The notes below the pieces were generated by a model that was given only the letters and a program-made list of their open reading frames with translations, made no database searches and was not told the origin of the DNA. From IMG/VR virus record IMGVR_UViG_3300031418_000005, positions 64,001 to 128,000 of that record: a stretch of 64,000 nucleotides of DNA; one strand, written 5' to 3'. Positions 1-9,479 of this stretch are shown piece by piece (positions within the stretch are counted from its first letter, which is position 1; each line of letters starts with the position of its first letter). Both the position numbers and the translations under genes were made by a program. This DNA is from a virus.

Positions 1-1
1 G

Positions 2-1489
2 CGTTTCCCTGACCCGAAGAAACGCCTGCGCCAGGTATGTACCAGTCCGTACGTATATTGGGCAGACCTTCCCATTACGAGCTGGATTAAACAGAAGTAT
101 TTAAAGAAGTACCCAAACAGTGTCACACCTAACCGCCTGTGTATCTACGACGTGGAAACACGCGAAGAAGACGGTTCGCGTGACCCCTGGCTGATGAGCT
201 TTGTGCTGGACGATGAGATTCACTTCTACGCTACCAAAGATTACCTGGCACGTTGTGGCCGGGAGAACTTTGAAGAACGTCTGCGTAAACGTGCAGCTGA
301 ACTGCTGTGCAAAATCGAGTTCCGTGAAAAGAACAAGAAGACCGGTGAGGAGGAAGTTAAGGCCCGTGACGTATTAGCAGGCTTTACCATCTATGCGCAC
401 GAAGGGGTAACGTCTGGCCACTGTATCCAGATGATGTTCGAAGAGATTCATCCCAAGCTACCCGACCTGATGGTTGCCTGGAACCACGAGTTCGATATCT
501 CACGTATGTTAGAAGCACTGGCGCGTGACAATATCGACCCGGCAGATGTGTTCTGTCACCCGTCGGTGCCGAAGCAGTATCGTAAGGTGTGGTTTAAGAA
601 AGATGAAGCCTCGAAGAAGACGGAGTCCAAGTCATTGACTAAAGCCCCGTCTCAGCAGTGGCACATTCTGTACTGTGTGGCGTCGTTCTACTTTGTGGAT
701 GCAATGTGTCTGTTCCGTTCGCTGCGTGTGCACGAAGGGCAACGTCCGTCATACAAGTTGAACGCCATTCTGGATAGTGAGCTTGGCTTAAACAAACTCG
801 ATATCCCAGGACTGCCGTATGAAGAGAAACTGGAGTGGCACTTACGGGCGCAGAAGGAGTATCCGCTGGAATACAGCGTGTACAACATCTTCGATAACCT
901 GATGATTTTGTTGTTGGACAAAAAGACTAATGACTTGTCCTCAGCAATCTCGATTCTCGCCGGTTACTCGATGTACGATATCTTCCCGTCACTGCCGAAA
1001 CGAATCTGTGTAGCCTTTACCTATTACCTGTATGAACAGAACCCGAGTCTGGTCATTGGGTGCACGGGTCAGGCGATGCGTAACGACTTCGATGAGGAAG
1101 TTATCGGGACGGACGGATGGATTGTTACGTTAACAGCGTGCATGAACTCCGAGAACGGATTGAACAATATCTTGAAAGAGATTCCAGTGTTCCATTCGGC
1201 CTTCCGTGGTCAAACGGCGGATGCAGACTTAACACAGGCTTATCCGTCAGCCACCAACATGATGAACCAGTCGCGTGAAACCACCCTGATTGAGCTGTTG
1301 AGTATCACCGGTGTCTCCGAAGAGATACGTCGTCGTACCGGTGTGAACTTAACCGCAGGGCGAGTGAATGCGATGGAGATTGCCACGGACTTCTTCCGCT
1401 TGCCGGATAAAGACCAGGTACTCACCGCCTTCCTGGTACGTCAAGGTGAAACAGTTACTGACCCGATCGAATACATCAACGGTTTTTGA
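2..1489 (+). CDS. Split family-B DNA polymerase, exonuclease-containing subunit (phiKZ gp82-like); 5' partial
   Basis: The frame is open from the window edge (RFPDPKKRL...CIYDVET). ExoI (YDVET), ExoII (AWNHEFD), ExoIII (YNIFD) and a motif-A-like DADLTQAYPS are present. Confidence 0.8.
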   Translation, partial: RFPDPKKRLRQVCTSPYVYWADLPITSWIKQKYLKKYPNSVTPNRLCIYDVETREEDGSRDPWLMSFVLDDEIHFYATKDYLARCGRENFEERLRKRAAELLCKIEFREKNKKTGEEEVKARDVLAGFTIYAHEGVTSGHCIQMMFEEIHPKLPDLMVAWNHEFDISRMLEALARDNIDPADVFCHPSVPKQYRKVWFKKDEASKKTESKSLTKAPSQQWHILYCVASFYFVDAMCLFRSLRVHEGQRPSYKLNAILDSELGLNKLDIPGLPYEEKLEWHLRAQKEYPLEYSVYNIFDNLMILLLDKKTNDLSSAISILAGYSMYDIFPSLPKRICVAFTYYLYEQNPSLVIGCTGQAMRNDFDEEVIGTDGWIVTLTACMNSENGLNNILKEIPVFHSAFRGQTADADLTQAYPSATNMMNQSRETTLIELLSITGVSEEIRRRTGVNLTAGRVNAMEIATDFFRLPDKDQVLTAFLVRQGETVTDPIEYINGF

Positions 1490-1490
1490 C

Positions 1491-1538
1491 AAAAAAAGAA
1501 GTATACCCACTCCCGCAAAGGAGTGGGTACTTTTATTT
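1491..1538. terminator. Bidirectional intrinsic terminator
   Basis: A-tract, then TACCCACTCC-cgcaaa-GGAGTGGGTA hairpin, then T-tract, between convergent genes. Confidence 0.8.
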
Positions 1539-2040
1539 AAGCCGCCCCGAACGCATGAGCCAGCAGTGAGGCCAGCTCCTGGTCGGTTACGCGGTCAGTG
1601 ACACGACTGACTTTGTTCAGCTCAAGCCAACGACGCTTGTCAGAGGCCCCGGCGAAACGTACCAGCATGTTGATGAACACCACGAACACTTCGCGCTCGC
1701 TACTGTCCGGGAAGTTCACTTCCGCATAACGGGTAACCAGCGGTTGATAGAAGATACCGCGTTTATGCTTCTGGGCTGCTGCCACGAATGCGTAGAACGC
1801 ATCGAGGAATGCCTGACCACGCAGATTAAACAGCGCACGGAACGAGCTGTGCAGCTTGTTATACGCGTCTTTCTCTGCCTGGGTACCTTTGGCTTTGTTT
1901 GGGCCAACGGCCGCGCCTGCTTCGTCCAGCTGTGTGGTAATCAGCTTAACCTGATGCTGGTCATCCTGGCCGTAAGAGACAGCCGCACGCTGGGTAGCCG
2001 TAGGACGTTCGTCCTGCGTATTGATATCGGTTGATGCCAT
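1537..2040 (-). CDS. Conserved jumbo-phage hypothetical protein (probable virion protein)
   Basis: 167-aa ORF with an SD (AAGGA), directly downstream of the vRNAP subunit gene. Confidence 0.6.
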   Translation of the reverse strand: MASTDINTQDERPTATQRAAVSYGQDDQHQVKLITTQLDEAGAAVGPNKAKGTQAEKDAYNKLHSSFRALFNLRGQAFLDAFYAFVAAAQKHKRGIFYQPLVTRYAEVNFPDSSEREVFVVFINMLVRFAGASDKRRWLELNKVSRVTDRVTDQELASLLAHAFGAA

Positions 2041-2051
2041 GGTAATAATCC

Positions 2052-3359
2052 TTAAGTGATGTGGATTAACGGTGTAAACTCTTGCACGACAGTTTCACGG
2101 CCGTGCATTGCACCCATCGCGTTGGTCATAACGTTCGAGAACGCGGAGGAGATGTCCGCGGCGATAGCGCGAGGTTCTTCTGCTTTGTGGGCAGACGAGC
2201 ACGCAGAACAGCAGTCTACGTGGCCCAGTTGACATAAGATGGGGCGACGTAAACGCACCACTTTACCCATTTGTTCTTTCAGATACGCTTCGGTAAGTGG
2301 GGTGAGCTTACCGTTAATCACGGCGTTCATCCCTACATAGCGCGACACGTTACCCATGTTAATCACCACTGGGTGGGTTAACTTGGTACCGCAGTCACCG
2401 GCGACAATGCGGTGGTTCTGGAAGATCATCTGGATGATACGTACCTGTTCACCCCCTTTGGCAGTTTCCGCACCACGGGAGAATGACCCTTCACGGGTAT
2501 CGTTGAATTTCTCCACCAGGTTCTTCATCCCGCCTTCATCCACCTCCATCAAACTGGTCGGTATCAGGGTGAAGTCGTTCCCCTCTTTAAACGCCGTCTG
2601 AATACCGTACATCAGCATCAGTTTACGACGACGCATACGGGACTTCGGTGAGTTATAGAACTCAATCGATTGGTCACCGGATAACCACTCTTTGTCCAGC
2701 TCGTCCAGCGCTTTTTCAATCTGCACAATGACCGCCGGGTTATCCAGTTCGTCTTTGTGCTTGATAAGCAGCGCATCACGTACCTTATACGCATCAGGAT
2801 GCGTTGTAAGCGATCGTAACGTACCTGTGGCGGCAATCCCACGGGTCATCGGTGCGAGCTCGTGTAGACCGCCTACAAAGCGTCCTATCATGCTTGGACG
2901 AATGGCCCCGTCGTTCTCAGGTTCATCGTCTTCGTGGTCAAGACAACGACGGTACATCTCTTTCTGGTATTCCAACGGGTTCTTGGAGATGGCCATGTAC
3001 GGCAGGCGAGTACCAAACGCGTAATAGATGACAATCCAGTTAAAGACATAACGCCCGACGGTGGTTTCAATCGGACCGTCTAAGCCTGGATACATATCTG
3101 GACGCAACTCAAAGGTTTCTTCCGGGATGAACAACTCATCATCCTTTTTACACCCTTCAATCGGTACCCACTTCGCATCCTCACCTTCTACCGGGATATC
3201 CCAGAAGTGTGGCAGGCCATCAATGTAGGTCAAGTCCCACTGCTCAGGCGCTTCGCCATCCTCATTAAAGATAGCCACGTTGAATACCGCGATACGCCAC
3301 ACCAGTCGACGCCAAGCTTCTGCTTGACAGGCAGCGACCAGGTACTCAATCCTGTTCAT
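2052..3359 (-). CDS. Virion RNA polymerase beta-prime subunit fragment (phiKZ gp80-like)
   Basis: Bridge-helix-like SFSRGAETAKGG, GDCGT and a Zn-binding RRPILC...CCSAC, all typical of beta-prime. Synteny supports the virion enzyme. Confidence 0.8.
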   Translation of the reverse strand: MNRIEYLVAACQAEAWRRLVWRIAVFNVAIFNEDGEAPEQWDLTYIDGLPHFWDIPVEGEDAKWVPIEGCKKDDELFIPEETFELRPDMYPGLDGPIETTVGRYVFNWIVIYYAFGTRLPYMAISKNPLEYQKEMYRRCLDHEDDEPENDGAIRPSMIGRFVGGLHELAPMTRGIAATGTLRSLTTHPDAYKVRDALLIKHKDELDNPAVIVQIEKALDELDKEWLSGDQSIEFYNSPKSRMRRRKLMLMYGIQTAFKEGNDFTLIPTSLMEVDEGGMKNLVEKFNDTREGSFSRGAETAKGGEQVRIIQMIFQNHRIVAGDCGTKLTHPVVINMGNVSRYVGMNAVINGKLTPLTEAYLKEQMGKVVRLRRPILCQLGHVDCCSACSSAHKAEEPRAIAADISSAFSNVMTNAMGAMHGRETVVQEFTPLIHIT

Positions 3360-4209
3360 AATTCTCTTCCTCAGTCACGTTGTCATGACCGTAGATGGTT
3401 TTCAGGGCAGCCATCCCCTGTTCCAGAATTGGTAGCGTAGGGTAGCCATCGGTATTGAGCTTCTCTAAGTTCCCCGCGAGTGCCGCGTAGGCATCCTCGT
3501 ACGTATCCGCAGGAATCACCGACAGACCCACGCTGTACATCAGCAGCAGTTCATCTTCCGGGTATTCTTCTTCGTCAAACGTAAAGGATTGTTGCACCAC
3601 TTGCAGGTCAGGTTCCTGAGGCAGGTTCAAGAACACAAACGCTGACGGGTTCTGCGGGAATACGCGCAGGTAAGCCGCGATACGGCCGATACGCAGGTAA
3701 TCGTTATCGCCTTTTTGTTCGTCCAGCGCAGAAGCCGCCAGGTAGTTACGCATCACGGTCATTACCCGTGGGCCAACGCGAACAATCAGGTCTTCGAAGT
3801 GTAGGTTGTTGTCTCCGTACACCAGACGACACATGTTCTCGAGAATGAACTCCGGGGTTTCACCGGACATCACAATTCCGTAGAGACTGTCGCTGTCATC
3901 GAAGTCTTCGAAGGTTTCTAACAATCCGTGCAATATACGCACGGTCTCTTTCGGTTTTTGATACACGATTTGGGGATTCAAGGCCACGCCCAAACGGTTG
4001 CCTAAGGCGACAGCACATTTTACAATGATGCCTTCTAACCGGATGGTTTCATCGGCCGGGTCAGCAGACGGTTCGAAATACACGTCGCTTAAGGCCACAT
4101 CATAACCGTAATCAATACCGAGGGTAACTAAGTCTAGCATCGGCGCTGCCCGGTCTTCGTGGCGGTTGACCGTCAGGACGGCCGCGTAGTCGGTATAAAT
4201 GTCAATCAT
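3346..4209 (-). CDS. Conserved hypothetical protein
   Basis: Likely start MIDIYTD at 4209, because the longer ORF-finder start runs through a terminator. Overlaps the next gene's start. Confidence 0.6.
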   Translation of the reverse strand: MIDIYTDYAAVLTVNRHEDRAAPMLDLVTLGIDYGYDVALSDVYFEPSADPADETIRLEGIIVKCAVALGNRLGVALNPQIVYQKPKETVRILHGLLETFEDFDDSDSLYGIVMSGETPEFILENMCRLVYGDNNLHFEDLIVRVGPRVMTVMRNYLAASALDEQKGDNDYLRIGRIAAYLRVFPQNPSAFVFLNLPQEPDLQVVQQSFTFDEEEYPEDELLLMYSVGLSVIPADTYEDAYAALAGNLEKLNTDGYPTLPILEQGMAALKTIYGHDNVTEEENYEQD

Positions 4210-4246
4210 GGTGGGTTCCAGGACTTTGGAGGATTCATACCAAGGC

Positions 4247-4282
4247 AAAAAAAGAAAAGAAAAAGGGGCCGAAGCCCCCTTA
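4247..4282 (-). terminator. Intrinsic terminator
   Basis: GGGGC-TTCG-GCCCC hairpin followed by a long T-tract on the minus strand. Confidence 0.8.
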
Positions 4283-4690
4283 GGTACGACCCTGCATTTC
4301 TTTTTCCAAACCACGCATCTCTTTGTTCTCATCGAGTTGCTGCTGAATATCTTTATTCAAGATAGCCATGCGGCGACGTACCGCTTCCAGCATGATCATA
4401 ATCTGCCAGCGCGGACGGTTGAGAAACTCATCGAACGAGAGACGGAAGTGTTCTCCAATTTGCTCACGTAAGTACGTGGCATACCAGATTTCATACAGAC
4501 TGCCCATTACCGGGTTTTCAAATTCCGACATCCCGATATGGCTTTCACCGGTATCCAGCCCCAGCGTCGCATCGTAGGCTTCCAACAGTTCGTTGTGGGC
4601 TTCTTGATACGTGATGGGGCGGGTACTGCGTTGTTTGAACAGTGAGGTGGTGTCTAGCTTGAGAGTCGTGATTATCTGGTCGGACGGCAC
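4280..4690 (-). CDS. Conserved hypothetical protein
   Basis: 136-aa ORF in an operon with the upstream gene. Confidence 0.6.
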   Translation of the reverse strand: MPSDQIITTLKLDTTSLFKQRSTRPITYQEAHNELLEAYDATLGLDTGESHIGMSEFENPVMGSLYEIWYATYLREQIGEHFRLSFDEFLNRPRWQIMIMLEAVRRRMAILNKDIQQQLDENKEMRGLEKEMQGRT

Positions 4691-4701
4691 TTCTTCGTGG
4701 T

Positions 4702-6819
4702 CTAGCCAGTAACGCCGTATTGTCTGAGCAGATACTTCTGAATCTCGGACACCACTCGAGAGAGCTCGAAAAAAACCCTGTCCGGTGAAATGGTAACGAT
4801 ACCACGGTACGGGCCTTCTTTCTCCCCGCCATGGTCACCACCACACTGGGAACATTTCTGTCCCATGTACCCGAACACAGCCAAACGAGAACGCTCGTTG
4901 TAGTTGGCGATAGCCGCTTCGAACTCAGCTACGTACAGACGGTCAGGTGATAACTCTTCGAGCATCTTGACAATCTTCGCGTAGTCGCGTTCGGTTTCCG
5001 TGGTCTGTACGGTTTCCCCGTCCACAGTGCGTTCTTCCACCACGGTGATGGATTCCACCAGGTGCGCATAACGGGTCAGACGACGCGTTTCTGCGGTAAG
5101 GCGCATGTGGTTCTCTTTCTCACGTTCCGTCCCGTTAGACGACAGCGCAGCCGTGGTAGAGGCATTGATGTCAGACATCCAGGTTTCGGTGTGGTCAAAG
5201 AAGTCACCCAGGGTGCAGCGACCGAAGGTTACGGTAACACCGTCACGTTCAAACACCGCAGACGGGTCTTTGAGGTGCTGGTTCACGAACTCGGCTTGTT
5301 GTGCCTGTGTGATGGTGTAGTCATCGACACCACGCTGATGTGCCCACAGGTTACGTTGCAGGTCAGTGTACAGGCTGGTACCCATGCGGATACAGCGTGC
5401 AATGTTCAGCTTCACATCTTGCTGATGCCCACAACCGTCGTGACCACAGACCAGCGTCCACGGCAGACCTGCTGGGAACTTCGCCTGAATCGGACCGAGA
5501 ATCACTAACCAGTAGTCAGCGATATCAATCTTATCCAGCAGCACGGTCTTCATGTCGTTGCCTTCACAGTCGAGCGTACACTCGGTCACAAAGCCCAGAG
5601 CGAACTCTACCATGTGGCGGATGTAGACACCCGAAGAAGAAGACAGCATCAGACCGTACGTCTGCATCCCGATGGTGGCCGTTTCCAGCGTCAACTGCAT
5701 ATCGAAATCGCAGAACTCACGCTCGTTCGGTGCACGGAAGCCCACGTAGATGCCGGTGGCCGGTAACCACACTGAGTTCGGGATACCGGTCTTACGGCGA
5801 CGACGCAGAGCCGCAATCGGGCCGCTGTGCATATTGTCGCGCGGTGAGATAAGACCCGCAGGCTTTTCAAAGCCCGGCAGACGAACACGTTGTTCCCATG
5901 GGGTGTCGTCACGCGACAGCGCCATATCGAAAGCCTGGGCTGTGTTGTGGAGCGTCGGTGGCGTCATGTTCAGCGCAGCATAAATCAGACTATAACGCTG
6001 TTGCTGTTCTTCGCTTTCAAACAGCAAACGCCCGTCATCCGGTGAACGCTTAACACTGGAGAAGAAACGTTGCAAGTCCTTACCAATCAGGTTCGGGTCT
6101 TGCATCGGGCCAACCAGACGACGCAGACCGGTTAGGATTGCATCACGATCGTCCTGCGGCAGCTCGGCCATTTCCGGCTGATACGGTTGATTACCGAAAT
6201 TCACCTCACGCTCGCTCTCGGTGGACTTCACCTGAGGGGCGGCGTTCTTCTCATGGTCAGGACGCACTTCCTGCTTTTCCGGCGCATGAGGGGTAAACGG
6301 TTTGGCATCTACCGGCTGCGTTTCTTTCTGCTCAGGCGCAGACTGGTGCACATGCTGATGAACTATCGTGGGTTCCGGTGAACGCGGTACAGGTTCAGGT
6401 GCGGCTTCGGGTTTCGGTTCCACGAAGATTGTGGTGTTCGACCCACCTGGCTGTGTGGCAAGTGCGGGCGGAAGCTCTTTTTCTTTAAGGGCATGAATCG
6501 GGTTGACCTCCTCGTGCCTCGCTGGCTGCGCAGAGGAAGGCGGTGCCGGGGGTTCTTCCTGCTGGAAGACCGGACGCTGCAACACCGGTTCTTCTACTTG
6601 CAGATGCAGAGCGTAGTGTTCTTGGTACACTTGCTCTGCGCGGGCAAAAGAAAAACCGGGGTTCGATTTCTTAATCAGGAACACCGCGTCTTCGCTATCC
6701 ATTTGTTGGATGCGTTCGGCAGGTGGCAGCACCAGCTCCTGGGTGTCTTGCGACACCTCAGGCTGGCTAGGGTTCGGACGGCGCGCGTTAGACGGGCGCT
6801 GATCTAGCGGTTCAGACAT
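4702..6819 (-). CDS. Conserved protein with Pro/Glu/Gln-rich disordered N-terminus and two Cys pairs (possible baseplate-hub assembly protein)
   Basis: Start MSEPLDQ overlaps the upstream stop. Contains CGHDGC and CSQC motifs and a ~230-aa low-complexity N-terminus. The function is inferred. Confidence 0.5.
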   Translation of the reverse strand: MSEPLDQRPSNARRPNPSQPEVSQDTQELVLPPAERIQQMDSEDAVFLIKKSNPGFSFARAEQVYQEHYALHLQVEEPVLQRPVFQQEEPPAPPSSAQPARHEEVNPIHALKEKELPPALATQPGGSNTTIFVEPKPEAAPEPVPRSPEPTIVHQHVHQSAPEQKETQPVDAKPFTPHAPEKQEVRPDHEKNAAPQVKSTESEREVNFGNQPYQPEMAELPQDDRDAILTGLRRLVGPMQDPNLIGKDLQRFFSSVKRSPDDGRLLFESEEQQQRYSLIYAALNMTPPTLHNTAQAFDMALSRDDTPWEQRVRLPGFEKPAGLISPRDNMHSGPIAALRRRRKTGIPNSVWLPATGIYVGFRAPNEREFCDFDMQLTLETATIGMQTYGLMLSSSSGVYIRHMVEFALGFVTECTLDCEGNDMKTVLLDKIDIADYWLVILGPIQAKFPAGLPWTLVCGHDGCGHQQDVKLNIARCIRMGTSLYTDLQRNLWAHQRGVDDYTITQAQQAEFVNQHLKDPSAVFERDGVTVTFGRCTLGDFFDHTETWMSDINASTTAALSSNGTEREKENHMRLTAETRRLTRYAHLVESITVVEERTVDGETVQTTETERDYAKIVKMLEELSPDRLYVAEFEAAIANYNERSRLAVFGYMGQKCSQCGGDHGGEKEGPYRGIVTISPDRVFFELSRVVSEIQKYLLRQYGVTG

Positions 6820-7402
6820 GTGCAGCTTCCTCGACAGTCTCAGCAGCTTCGTCAACCGGTTTCGCCTGATCTGCTTCGGCTTCTGCCAGCATCTTCAGCG
6901 CGACTTCCCAGTCAACATCGTTTTTCAAAGCCTGCTTAACAAAGTTGACACGACCATTGTACAGAGACAGAATCTCAATGGCCGCACCCTGAATCTGCTG
7001 ACCGATGATAGTTGCATCGGTGGCATAGGACGCCAGCTCCATTTCCAACACCGGGTAGGTGTGTTTAATGGCATCCCAGCGGTTTTCATTTACCAGGTTC
7101 AACAGCTCCATGGCTTTGGCATCAGCTGCGACGTTCAGGGCGTCCAGCTTTTCTTTGCCTTCTTTCATCAGCCCGATGAAACCGGCTTTGGCTTCATCCA
7201 GCTTTTCCAGCGTAAACAGACGCAGAGGTTCGTAACCGATAGTCCCGGAGACTTCGGCTTCCTGGTCAATCTTCGCGGAGAGAATTTTGGTTTCGTCTTC
7301 AAACAGCAGACTGACAGACAGGATACCCTGCATCGTCTTGCGGATGTAGTCACGCGCGTTCTGGCGAGGGTTGAAACCGGAGGATTTTTTGGCACGACTC
7401 AT
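6812..7402 (-). CDS. Hypothetical helical/coiled-coil protein
   Basis: Start MSRAKK with an AAGGA SD. Confidence 0.6.
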   Translation of the reverse strand: MSRAKKSSGFNPRQNARDYIRKTMQGILSVSLLFEDETKILSAKIDQEAEVSGTIGYEPLRLFTLEKLDEAKAGFIGLMKEGKEKLDALNVAADAKAMELLNLVNENRWDAIKHTYPVLEMELASYATDATIIGQQIQGAAIEILSLYNGRVNFVKQALKNDVDWEVALKMLAEAEADQAKPVDEAAETVEEAAHV

Positions 7403-7459
7403 CGAAATATTCCTTATTGGGAGGGTTGGGTGTATACACAATATACACCCGTTTTGTTT

Positions 7460-7843
7460 TTAACTGGCATCATGCGGGACAGTAACCCAATCGTGCCACT
7501 TTTCTGAAAACAGCTGGTAGGCCATTTTCGGGTTCTGGTCGACACTCCCGGCGGGGTTCTCATTCCACAACACATAACTGTACAGCTCGTACGACGCTGT
7601 CGTACGGATACTGGAGTTACGCGTGATGTAATAAGTGAGGCCCCGCTGGAGTATCTTTAACCCGGCAAAGTGTTCGGTGACCATGTAGTAATGGAACGCC
7701 GGTTGCAGTGTCGGGTCGGTGCACAGCGCTTTAGCGACGTCTTCGACGCCGGGATACGCTTTTAAAACGGTTTCGAGTAAACTTGCTAAGGTCAGCCCGG
7801 CATAGGGTGGCATTGGCGCGGGCGGAAGCGGCGGAGTGAGCAT
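7460..7843 (-). CDS. Hypothetical protein overlapping the helicase 3' end
   Basis: 127 aa with an AAGGA SD 6 nt before the ATG. Fills an otherwise empty gap. Confidence 0.5.
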   Translation of the reverse strand: MLTPPLPPAPMPPYAGLTLASLLETVLKAYPGVEDVAKALCTDPTLQPAFHYYMVTEHFAGLKILQRGLTYYITRNSSIRTTASYELYSYVLWNENPAGSVDQNPKMAYQLFSEKWHDWVTVPHDAS

Positions 7844-9437
7844 TGGATTTCCTTACGACGTACGGAGACGATGCAATCTTAAATGACAACACCACATCAC
7901 TGAGTGACTTCTGGCGCGAGTTCAGATAGTTGCAATGCTTCGGCACATTGTGCGAATGGAACAACCACACCTTCGGATCGATTTCACCCCAATCCTTGTG
8001 CATGATTTTACGTGGACGACCGGCCATTTGCTCATTGAGCTGTTGGTCTTCAACCGGGGTCGAAATGTACATGTGTACCAACCCTGGCTTATCAACCGCG
8101 GTACCTGCTTTCCCCGGTGTGGAGACAGAGATATCCGCTAAGATGAAGTCGTCATACGAATCGCCCGCATTAAACTTCGCCACCATCAACGCATGGAACA
8201 TTTCCGACTGCGCCAGCTTGTCCTTCACAAACTCCGTGAAGAACTCACACATGGCCACCGTTGCAAAGATGCACAGGATTTTCTGCCCGACCTGGTATTC
8301 TTTCAGGTAAGTTTTCTCAATCATGTCCCAGTACATTTCCGCATAGCTGATGTGGAGATTCTCTTTGATGAGTTTCCCTTCGAACAGCTTGTGATTGTAC
8401 GGGGTCATCTTTGACGCCCAGAATGCGAACTTGCGGTCTTCGATGGTGTAATATAAAGCACGTACGTGCACCACCGGAATCACCGGGATCGAGATACGCA
8501 GGTCAGGCGGGAAACGTTCCAGATACCGCTCGGCAATAAACGCTTTGCTGGCACCCGGCGTCAGGGTCGCGGACATTTCAACACTCGGTGGCGGGTTTAG
8601 CATAATGCCTGCCTGATAAACCAGATGGAAATGCTCGTGCACTTCATCCATGGCCAACAGACCCACGCCCAGGGTGTCGTAGAACGTGTCCAGGTTAACC
8701 GGGTTAGTCGCCGCGGTGTTGATGTACTCTTTCAGGAAGCGTTGCAGGGTTACCGTGGGGATAATGATAATTTTAATCCCACGACGGTCGAGTTCCCCGG
8801 TTTCTCCCATCTCCAGCACTTCATAGACGGCTTGTACGCCCGTCACCACCCATACCCCTTCCTTATCTTCACGCAGCCCTGTAGGGTCTTCTGTGGTGTC
8901 AAACAGCCACTTAGACACATACGTGGGTCGGTGAATCAGCAAGGTACGCACCCCTTTCTTTACCATTACTTTCATACAGGTTTTGGTTTTCCCGCGACCG
9001 GTCTGAATAGCAAAGATGGTTTGCTGACGTGACTCATCGCACGCCGCATCCACAACCTCGTTCTGATAGTAGAAGCGTGACTCGGGATCGGTCTCCAGCA
9101 TCTCAAAGCCGTAGTTTTCAAAACTGCAGCGATAAGGTGCTTTCCGCTCCACCCGATGGTGATAAAGGTTATAACGAATATTGTATTCCAGAGATGCGCG
9201 CTGGATTAACGCCTGAATCCGCTCGGCGAACATCTTGTGGAAAATGAACGTGCGCAGCGAAGGAATGTGGACATAGAACGCATCCCCCCGTTCGGTGGTG
9301 ATACGACCTTGTTGCTTGCCCATTTTGGGGGCGTGCATATTCTCTTCGGCCCACCCGAGTATGGCCGACTCCATCTGTCGGTTGGGGATTTCTACCCTTA
9401 CCCCCATACTCGTGTAAGTCATGTGAATCTCGACCAT
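7731..9437 (-). CDS. Superfamily 2 DExH helicase (phiKZ gp75-like)
   Basis: Walker A QTGRGKT, DEVH, SAT (motif III) and QMAGRPR (motif VI). Confidence 0.9.
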   Translation of the reverse strand: MVEIHMTYTSMGVRVEIPNRQMESAILGWAEENMHAPKMGKQQGRITTERGDAFYVHIPSLRTFIFHKMFAERIQALIQRASLEYNIRYNLYHHRVERKAPYRCSFENYGFEMLETDPESRFYYQNEVVDAACDESRQQTIFAIQTGRGKTKTCMKVMVKKGVRTLLIHRPTYVSKWLFDTTEDPTGLREDKEGVWVVTGVQAVYEVLEMGETGELDRRGIKIIIIPTVTLQRFLKEYINTAATNPVNLDTFYDTLGVGLLAMDEVHEHFHLVYQAGIMLNPPPSVEMSATLTPGASKAFIAERYLERFPPDLRISIPVIPVVHVRALYYTIEDRKFAFWASKMTPYNHKLFEGKLIKENLHISYAEMYWDMIEKTYLKEYQVGQKILCIFATVAMCEFFTEFVKDKLAQSEMFHALMVAKFNAGDSYDDFILADISVSTPGKAGTAVDKPGLVHMYISTPVEDQQLNEQMAGRPRKIMHKDWGEIDPKVWLFHSHNVPKHCNYLNSRQKSLSDVVLSFKIASSPYVVRKSNAHSAASARANATLCRADLSKFTRNRFKSVSRRRRRR

Positions 9438-9450
9438 GCTACCCCTCTAC

Positions 9451-9477
9451 AAAAAAAGAGGGGCACATGGCCCCTCT
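9451..9477 (-). terminator. Intrinsic terminator
   Basis: AGAGGGGC...GCCCCTCT hairpin followed by T7 on the minus strand. Confidence 0.75.
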
Positions 9478-9479
9478 AC

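Noticed and set aside
4209-4332. Extended N-termini from the ORF finder (also 22985-23158, 21908-22027, 62584-62847)
   Set aside because: The extensions run through terminators or upstream genes. Downstream ATGs fit better.
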